DNA of 64,000 nucleotides from the NCBI RefSeq assembly GCF_009914755.1, contig NC_060946.1; one strand, written 5' to 3'. Shown piece by piece: positions 54,273 through 64,000 of the stretch. The position numbers and the translations under genes are program-made. Every line of letters starts with the position of its first letter. Position 1 is the stretch's first letter. This DNA comes from the human T2T-CHM13v2.0 reference genome, Homo sapiens. Below the pieces are notes generated by a model, which worked only from the letters and a program-made list of their open reading frames with translations, searched no databases and was not told where the DNA came from.

Positions 54273-55898
54273 GTAAGAGCAAACCTTTTCTCCTTTTACC
54301 TAATTTTGTTTCATCCATAGGATTTTCAGTGGAAAGAAGGGACTGAAAGACATAAGAAATTAATTTCTGCATTTCCATGGACAATCTGTTGAGCTCAAGC
54401 CATCTTCTAAAACATGGAAATGTCATCTTTGTGGCATATATTAAGTGGCAGTTTATTTTCTTTCCCTGCCAGTATACTTCGTTGGGTCGGGGAGAACAAA
54501 GAATGGTTTTGAAACCAGAGCTTTCAGTTCCCTTCATGGTTTCCAGAGGTGAGAAGCCTCTGTGGGTAGTAGATTTGGGATGGAACACACACAACCCTTC
54601 TAATGACCCTAAGTTGTTAACTAACTGCCTTTGAATGGTTGTCTTGAAATACCTGGTGTATATACTGCAGAAAAGGAATGCAGCTGTTTTCCACAGTGTT
54701 TGTCCCCAACTTCTGTTTGTACTCAGAATCGTTGAACATATGAAGATTTTGGTCCCATAATCCTTAAACTATAGCCTGAGGTGCACCTGATTACATAGAG
54801 TTTGGATGGAGCAAAGAAAAATCCAATAGCATTTTGCAGAGTAATGTATATAATTATGGGCTCACTTCCTACTGGAGATGTTGAAAGTCTAAATCGGTTT
54901 GACCATTTTGATTGATGGCACAATCTGGTTTAGAAAACTTTGTTTAGATCAATGACATAACCCTGCTGCCTCTGCCTGCCCTTCCCCTCCCTTCTCCCAT
55001 CCCCTTTTCCCTATCTGGTGTCTGTACTTTGATGAAGGTGAGCTATAATATTGGTGGTTAACATAATCCAGAAGGCTTAGTTCTGTGTGTGTTCTGTCCC
55101 TATATAAACTGGTAAAGAAAAAAAAAAGTTATGCAGAATGTTAGATATTTACATTTGATACGGTGTGCCACTATTCAAGGAAAAATTAAATAGCATTTTT
55201 TAAAAAACAGAATGAACTTCAAAATTAAAGTTGATTTTTAACTTCCATATTAGCAAATACTCTTCACTACTGAAAGACAGTACTATTTTGCATATTCTGC
55301 ATAACTTTAAGAAAGTCTTTAGTGAAATCTTTATTGGAAGAAAGTCATTTGACAACAGGCAAAAATTTAATGATTCGGTATGAAGTAAAATCAATCTTCT
55401 GATTTGGAAAATACTCTATTATAAAGGTTTCACTTCTTTTTGGATGTTTTAAAATAGACATAGACACTTGAAAGTACTATCATCACGTCTCAAATCACCT
55501 AGAATTCCTAGTATTTTTAAATTGCAAATACAATTTCAAGTTTATTTAAATACTCCAGAAGTTATAATCCTACTAATTGTGCTAGACTTTGCTAGTAGAG
55601 GGGGCCCCTCTTTCTGGATGAGAAGTCTCTCTTGCAGCCATAGAAGAGACCATGGCTTTCCCCATAGGTTTTTCAACAGACTGTGAAGCAGTCTGTCGGA
55701 TCCTGTGGGGATAGACGGGCATTTCCCTCGTTGCCCCCCTTTTTATTGTGGTGTGGTGATGGTTTTCAGTGTCTTGTACAGGTAAGGCACTCAATGTTGT
55801 TAACATGCCCTTTTTCATTGCCTCAGTATTTTGATATTTTCATTGGCTGTTAAACGTGGAAACTTTTTAACATGCTTTGTCGCATTTATATGCTACAG

Positions 55899-55989
55899 GT
55901 TACAAAGTGAGAGCCTTGTATACACTTCAATACTTAAAAAGTACCCGTACTCAGTACTCAGCCGGCAGCATAATGAAAAGTGGGACTAG
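55899..55989 (+). CDS. EWSR1: EWSR1 alternative last exon in intron 8 (LQSESLVYTSILKKYPYSVLSRQHNEKWD*), giving a 354-aa isoform
   Basis: gctacAG acceptor, phase compatible with exon 8, TAG at 55987-55989, ATTAAA at 56144. Confidence 0.85.
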
Positions 55990-56143
55990 ACACGGTGTCC
56001 ATATGGAGAGGAAAAATATACATAGAATATTTTTAACAAAATGTATTCATTGTATAAATGGAATCCTTCTGTAACTTTGGTAACTGCATACTTGTTGTTT
56101 GGTAATGAACCAGAGGAGGTATAATACTCTAGAATTGTGTAAC

Positions 56144-56149
56144 ATTAAA
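56144..56149 (+). terminator. EWSR1: Intronic polyadenylation signal ATTAAA of the short EWSR1 isoform
   Basis: Several upstream TGTA elements and downstream TTTTGTGTTT. Confidence 0.7.
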
Positions 56150-57047
56150 GTGTAAACTTTTGTGTTTAAAGAGAGAGAACATTTTATGGTGTGTACTTTT
56201 AAAAAGGAAACAAAGCTGCATGCAACAGCTTGAAATTGTATATTCAGGTATTAAAGGTGCAATACTGGTTAGAAAAAACTCAGGGCCTCCCACTGGGGAG
56301 CTGCCTTTATTTAATTTTAAAGAAAACAAAATCTAACCCAAAAAGTCCAATTCATATTTCCCTCTCCCCTCTTTAAGTAATTTTACATGGCCATAGTCAT
56401 TATTCTAACTGATATGTCTATAAAGTTGCACCCCCAGTCCGTTGAGCCTTGGTATTTGTTGTAAATTCTCCTTTCACAGCGATTGTTAAATCTATTCGTG
56501 CCCTGAGATGTATGGCTTTATGCTGAAGATTGGCTGGATGCGTCCTCTGATGTGTGTTGTAGGAATTTAATGTGGTTGTCTCCTGCTTTTATTATACTGT
56601 GACTTGTTAGGAAACCCTGGGCCTCATTTGGCTCTCCCTTGGGAGAGGTTGAGGGTGCACCTTTATGAACATGGAAAGGTTTATCACAGCAGTTAACCCC
56701 CACTTGCTCCTCCCCTCTATACCAAGCTCTTCTGGTTTTTCACCTGACGGGGTGGGTGTTTGGGATCTATTTTTTCTTGCTAATTTGCCAAGTATTGCAC
56801 TATTAATACCAGCCCCCGAAATGAAAGGAACCAACCACACTGGTGTGTACAATCAGACAAGCAAGGTTGTATATTGAGGAAATTTGAGCAAGCTGCCCTG
56901 AAGAAAGGCATAGTGACAAGATGAGAGAGATGCATTGTTTGGAGATGTGTTTAGCCAGTGCCCTTCTTCCCCACGAGCCCCCCCAAGGCTCAGAGCGGTA
57001 CTGGCTTTTAAAGGGAAAGGCCTTCATTTCTTCGTTTATCCCCCCAG

Positions 57048-57085
57048 CAGCGCTGGAGAGCGAGGTGGCTTCAATAAGCCTGGTG
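57048..57085 (+). CDS. EWSR1: EWSR1 exon 9 (SAGERGGFNKPG); NAGNAG alternative start at 57051
   Basis: CAGCAG acceptor / GTAAGT, 38 nt. Confidence 0.95.
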
Positions 57086-57622
57086 GTAAGTTTTTGAGTA
57101 TTACCATAGATAGTGTTTAAAAAAAAATGCAGTCAGTTTTTAGAAAACTATAATTTTTTTATTAGTTTCATAAGTGGTTTAAAAATGATCTATACAAAAG
57201 AGACTAATGGGTACTGCCGGCATTGTCTTAGGGGTTAATAAGGTTAACCTATGGTTACAAAACAAAGGGTAACTTGAAGTATTGAGTAACTGCTTCTGTA
57301 ATATGGGGGAGAATAAATTTTTAAATTTGGTTTATTTAGAGGAAAAATTTTGACTTAAATTTAACACTGATTTGGCACATAAGCATTGAGAGTGTATTTG
57401 GTTAATGGTTTAGAAGCAAACCAGCAAAGGAAAAAAGCAAACCCTAGCAAACCTTTCACAAATGTTAAAGAGACACTGCTCCATTTTAGCAGTGCGGGTC
57501 ATTTTGAGTTTAATGAATCCCCATCAAATGGTGGTATAGTAGATAGCTATGTGTGTTTGTAAGGTTTGTAGCTTGCAAGACGTGCACTAATAATATTTTA
57601 TATGATCTTTCCTGGTTGGCAG

Positions 57623-57655
57623 GACCCATGGATGAAGGACCAGATCTTGATCTAG
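57623..57655 (+). CDS. EWSR1: EWSR1 exon 10 (GPMDEGPDLDL)
   Basis: ggcAG / GTAATT, 33 nt. Confidence 0.95.
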   Translation, partial: DPWMKDQILI

Positions 57656-57973
57656 GTAATTTTGAATTCTAGTTGTGCTTCATATCGTGCTTTGTAAATT
57701 AATGGTACAGAGGTAAATGCATGCGTAGAGTTCAGCAGCCTTATAGACCAGTGTGATATTCTTGCTGTCAAGGACAGTTTGGGAAATCCTATGTGAGCAT
57801 CTACTCATAATTGCCTTAAGTGAAGTAAACCAAAAGTTTGATAGCATTCTTCTTAGTATGCTTGGTAGTTTTCTTAGATTTATGATGAATATCCTTGGGC
57901 AGTAGTGATCAGGTAGTTAAGAAACCCCTATAGATACATGATAATAATTCTCCTGTCTTGTTGTCTCTGAAAG

Positions 57974-58092
57974 GCCCACCTGTAGATCCAGATGAAGACT
58001 CTGACAACAGTGCAATTTATGTACAAGGATTAAATGACAGTGTGACTCTAGATGATCTGGCAGACTTCTTTAAGCAGTGTGGGGTTGTTAAG
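57974..58092 (+). CDS. EWSR1: EWSR1 exon 11 (GPPVDPDEDSDNSAIYVQGL...GVVK), RRM start
   Basis: gaaAG / GTCAGT, 119 nt, RNP2-like IYVQGL. Confidence 0.95.
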
Positions 58093-59020
58093 GTCAGTAA
58101 AAGCATAACCAGGTCATCTGGCAGAACTTTAAACCACAGAGCATTTTAAAGAGATTGAATTGATGTTGAGAGTTGTTTTCTAAGGTTGCCTTTGCCTGAC
58201 TTCTTTCTAGGTATCTTATGGTTTGTTCCTTTTTAAAAAAGATTAGCCTTTTTTTTTTTTTTTTTTGAGACGGAGTTTCCTTCTTGGTGCCCAGGCTGGA
58301 GTGCAATGGCGCAAGTCTTGGCTCACTGCAACCTCTGTTCAAGCGAATCTCCTGCCTCAGCCTCCCAAGTAGCTGGGATTACAGGTGTGCGCCACCAGCT
58401 AATTGTGTCTTTTTAGTAAAGATGGGGTTTCACCGTGTTGGGCAGGCGGGTCTCAAACTCCTGACCTCAGGTGATCTGCCCACCTTGGCGCCTCCCAAAG
58501 TGCTGGGATTACAGGTGTGATCCCCTACGCCCGGCCTTCCCTCCTCCACCCCTAGGGACAGAGTGTTGCTCAATCTCAGCCTCCCAGGTTCAAGTGATTC
58601 TCCCACCACAGCCTCTTGAGGTAGCTGGACTTATAGGCACATGCCACCACACCCAACTAATTTTTATATTTTTAGTGGAGATGGATTTTTGCCTGTTGGC
58701 CGGGCTGGTCTCTAACTCCTGGCCACCTCAAGTGGCCACCTACCTCAGCCTCCCAAATTGCTGGGATTACAAGCATGAGCCACTACACCCAACCTCAAAT
58801 TATTGTGTCTTTATGCTAATTCTTCATAGCTAGTAACGCAGATTTTTTCTTCAGGGATTTTGACTGTTTTTCAGTTCTTGCTCTTCTGTATTAGAGTTAG
58901 TTTATGAACCCCATAAACCTCAAAACCTTAAAACCCCAATTGAATATTTACTAAATCTATGAAGTAATTTCAGGAGAATTTACATTTTTATGATACTGAG
59001 TGATCTTTTTTTCCCCATGA

Positions 59021-59173
<153 letters not shown>

Positions 59174-59336
59174 TGAGTAGCTAGGATTACAGGTGCCCGC
59201 CACCACACCCAGCTAATTTTTGTATTTTTAGTAGAGATGGGGTTTGGTGAAACCATGTTGGTCAGGCTGGTCTTGAACTCCTGACCTCAGGTGATCTGCC
59301 GCCTCAACTCCCAAAGTTTTGTGATTGCAGACGTGA

Positions 59337-59567
<231 letters not shown>

Positions 59568-59980
59568 TGAACTTCTGACCTCACGTGATCCACCCACCTA
59601 GGCCTCCCAAAGTGCTGTGATTACAGGTGTGAGCCACCACACCCAGCCTATTTAGATCTTCAGTAAAGACTATCGATTTCCTTAAAGGTCTTGCAAATTT
59701 TACTAGTTTTACTTCTAGGTTTCGTTTATTTTCAAGTTGCTGTGGTTAAGGGTCTTCGTTAAATGACACTTTTCTGGTTATTACTGGTGTATAGAAATAC
59801 AGTTGATTTGGCCGGGCGCGGTAGCTCACGCCTGTAATCCTAGCACTTTGGGAGGCCGAGGCGGGTGGATCACGAGGTCAGGAGATCGAGACCATCCTGG
59901 CTAACACGATGAAACCCCGTCTCTACTATAAATACAAAAAATTAGCCAGGCTTGGTGGCGGGCACCTGTAGTCCCAGCTA

Positions 59981-60154
<174 letters not shown>

Positions 60155-60252
60155 CTATGGGAGGCCGAGGTGGGTGGATCACGAAGTCAAGAGATCGAGA
60201 CCATCCTGGCCAACGTGGTGAAACCCCGTATCTACTAAAAATACAGAAATTA

Positions 60253-60510
<258 letters not shown>

Positions 60511-61723
60511 TTAGTGTCTACTGTCACATTCTACCCTGTGCAAGACTCCTTGTTTGCTTTTTTGTTTTGAGATGGAGTCTTGCTCTGTTGCCCAGACTGG
60601 AGTGCAGTGGCACAATTTCAGCTCACTGCAACCTCCGCCTCCTGGGTTCAAGCCTCAAGCCTCTTGAGTAGCTGGGAGTACAGGCTTGAGCATATTAAAA
60701 AGACTGCTTTTTAATATGTATATAACATGTAGTTTATTGAGGAATGTGGAGTTTATCCTGGTTAAGAAAGTAGTATTTACCATCAAAATTTTGGAAATAA
60801 AGATGTTAAAATAGATTTCCAAGCTGGATACAGTGGCTCACATGTGTAATCCCAGCACTTTGGGAGGCCAAGGCAGGAGGATCCCAAGGATTGCTTGAGC
60901 CCAGGAGTTTGAGACCAGCCTGGACAACAGAGTGAGACTCTGTCTCACAAAAAAGAAAAAAATGCATTTCCACATTATTCATACCACAGTTTTGCCATAT
61001 TTTCTTTTCAGTTTTTAGGTATCACGTTCCTTTTTTTAAGTCAGAGGTATCAATATATATATCCTGTTGTAATCTTTTTTAAGTCCTATAAATAGATTGC
61101 TCTTGTGTTACTGGATATATGTAAACAATTACAGACTAAACTGATCGTGTGCATATATAATGCAAAAAAGTACACGTGAAGATATTCTTATACAAGGTAG
61201 CTCCTGAATTCAAGTCAACCACATCTGATATTCAGCTGAAAGACTAGTCATCTGTTCTAACTGGAGGAAGTAGTGGCTGTGTTAGACTAACCAAGAATCC
61301 CTGTAGTTCACTCACAGCCTGTACACTGTCCTTCACGGTTTAAGGATAATTTTCTTTATGCCAGTCATGTCTTATGTGGTGGTATCAAAGTCTGACTACC
61401 CCTACGAGGTGGCTGTGCTCAGTGGATACCTGTCTGGGCATAGAAAATGCCAGGGCAGGCAAACCAGCATCAGAAGATGGCTAAGGCAGGAGTGGGGCCT
61501 ATCCTGTTCACTTCCACACTTTGGTCTACTTTGGTTTTTATGATAAAGCAGGGATAGAGGAGAAAATAACTTAGAATTCTGAAAAACTTAAAAGCGGAGA
61601 AACGGTGACATTTAGTGACTTACTACATGTGAGAAATTGGTACTTTTCCTGGATTTTGCCTGGACTTTTTTCTCCCAAATTAGTATATTCTAGTCATGCC
61701 TAACTATGCTATTCTTTGTCTAG

Positions 61724-61853
61724 ATGAACAAGAGAACTGGGCAACCCATGATCCACATCTACCTGGACAAGGAAACAGGAAAGCCCAAAGGCGATGCCAC
61801 AGTGTCCTATGAAGACCCACCCACTGCCAAGGCTGCCGTGGAATGGTTTGATG
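61724..61853 (+). CDS. EWSR1: EWSR1 exon 12 ([29 protein letters not shown]...EWFD), RRM
   Basis: gtctAG / GTGAGA, 130 nt, FET-type [11 protein letters not shown]1. Confidence 0.95.
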
Positions 61854-63311
61854 GTGAGATGTACTCACTGGCATTCTTAATCTCCCTGGCTATAGAATAT
61901 GGCATGAGGGAGAAACTTGTGAACCATAGGAGCAAGAAGACCTTCCATCTCTTCCTGGGGGAGGTAGATGGCCGGTCTCCCTTCAGTAGTATTAGCACCC
62001 AGCCATTGACCCTGGATTTGGAGATCCCTTTATTTTGAGGCATTAGTATTACAAATCAACCTTGCTTAAAGTGGCAAACACTTCCTAAGCACAGATTATC
62101 AGAAGGTACAGAAAACCCTTCAAAAGAACATCTTAGCCAGTGTACATTTGCATATAGATAAATATATATATTTAAATGAGGCCTTGACATTAATGGTGGG
62201 ATTTCACTTCAGACAAAACCAACTTGAAAGCATTGAATGACTTGGCCATGTCCAGTGGCTTGCACCTGTAATCCCAGCACTTTGGGAGGCCAACATCGGT
62301 GCATTGCTTGAATCCAGGGGCTTGAGACCAGCCTGGGGAACATGGCAAAACCCTGTCTCTACAAAAAAAATACAAAAATTAGCCAGGTGTTGTGGCACAC
62401 TCCTATACCTATAGTACCAGCCACTCAGGAGGCTGAGGTGGGAGGATCACTTGAGCCCGGAGAGTTTGAAGCTCCAGTGAGCTGAGATTGCACCACTGCA
62501 CTCCAACCTGGGCAACGGAGCAAGACTCTGTCTCAAAGAAAGTGTCAAATAACAAGTCCTGGTTCTGTTTTCTTGGTCATGCAGTCAGCTTCCCACCAGC
62601 TTATTTTCCTCCTTATGGTAGACAGTGTTTTTTGCTTGTGTTGTTTTTTTTGAGATGGTCTCACTTTGTCACCCAGGCTGGAGTGCAGTGACACAAGCCA
62701 TCTCAGCTTACTGCAACCTCCACCTCCCAGGTTCAAGCCAATCTTGTGCGTCAGCCACTCGAGTAGCTGCTGGACTACAGGCGCATGTCACCACGCTGAG
62801 CCTAACTTTTGTATTTTTTAGTAGAGATGGGGTTTCACCATGTTGGTCAGGCTGTAGGAAGGTTTTTAAGTGTATTTAAGTATGGCCTTTTTCTGGCCAG
62901 GCACAGTGGCTCTTGCCTATAATCCTACCACTTCAGGAGGCCAAGGCAGGAGGATTGTTTGAACCAAGGAGTTCACTAGCAGCCTGGGCAACCTAGTGAG
63001 ACACTGCCTCTACAAACAATTTTGTAAAATTAGTCGGGCATGGTGATGCGTGCCTGTAGTCCCAGCTACTTGGGAGGATTGCTTGAGCAAGTGAGATTGA
63101 AACTGCAGTGAGCTGTGCCACTGCACTCCAGCCCGGGCAACAGAGTGAGACTCCCATCTCAAAAAAAGCCTTTTTCTGGCCTTGTCATTAAAGATCTTAG
63201 AGAAGATTACAGGCAGACCTAATGCATCTGGGAGTGGTCATTTGATGATGATGTGGAGTTGGTGAACAGGGAGTACAGGGGAGTAATTGATGTTCTGTTG
63301 TCTTGTTCCAG

Positions 63312-63434
63312 GGAAAGATTTTCAAGGGAGCAAACTTAAAGTCTCCCTTGCTCGGAAGAAGCCTCCAATGAACAGTATGCGGGGTGGTCTGCCACCCCGT
63401 GAGGGCAGAGGCATGCCACCACCACTCCGTGGAG
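63312..63434 (+). CDS. EWSR1: EWSR1 exon 13 (GKDFQGSKLKVSLARKK...PPPLRG); gene continues beyond the window
   Basis: ttccAG / GTACTT, 123 nt. Confidence 0.95.
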
Positions 63435-63650
63435 GTACTTTTTCTGAGCTCCTATGTTGCATTAAAAGGTTTTCAGTACACTTCATACCCTTGAGAAACT
63501 TGATTATTAGAGTGAAGAAATATAAAATTGTGTGTAGAGTCAATACTAGACTATCGAGAGCTAACAATGAATGTTTGTTGGGAATAAAAGGAAGAGAAGA
63601 ACATGGGAGGCTGGAAGCCACTCTGCCTGTCAACTCCAGACTGCCATTTA

Positions 63651-63998
<348 letters not shown>

Positions 63999-64000
63999 AA

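Overview
Primate, almost certainly human, genomic DNA from the EMID1 - RHBDD3 - EWSR1 locus (22q12.2 in human, recognised from the translated exons). Left: the 3' part of EMID1 (+), with a collagen exon, two homologous candidate mutually exclusive exons and the last exon. Middle: the complete RHBDD3 coding region (-), 5 coding exons summing to 386 aa, with one intron carrying U12 (minor spliceosome) signals. Right: EWSR1 exons 1-13 (+), sharing a bidirectional CpG-island promoter with RHBDD3. EWSR1 includes an 18-nt microexon, NAGNAG acceptors, an intron-8 alternative last exon and the intron 7-10 sarcoma breakpoint region; no rearrangement is seen. Introns are dense in Alu, old L1/L2/MIR, Tigger-type elements and one solo ERVK-type LTR. 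Most ORF-track entries are Alu-derived or antisense shadows. I found no convincing wholly new gene system. The best leads are the EMID1 exon pair, the RHBDD3 U12 intron, the EWSR1 intron-8 cassette and a degenerate ~50-bp tandem array in an EMID1 intron. Exon coordinates were read by hand from splice motifs and checked for frame; repeat boundaries are approximate.
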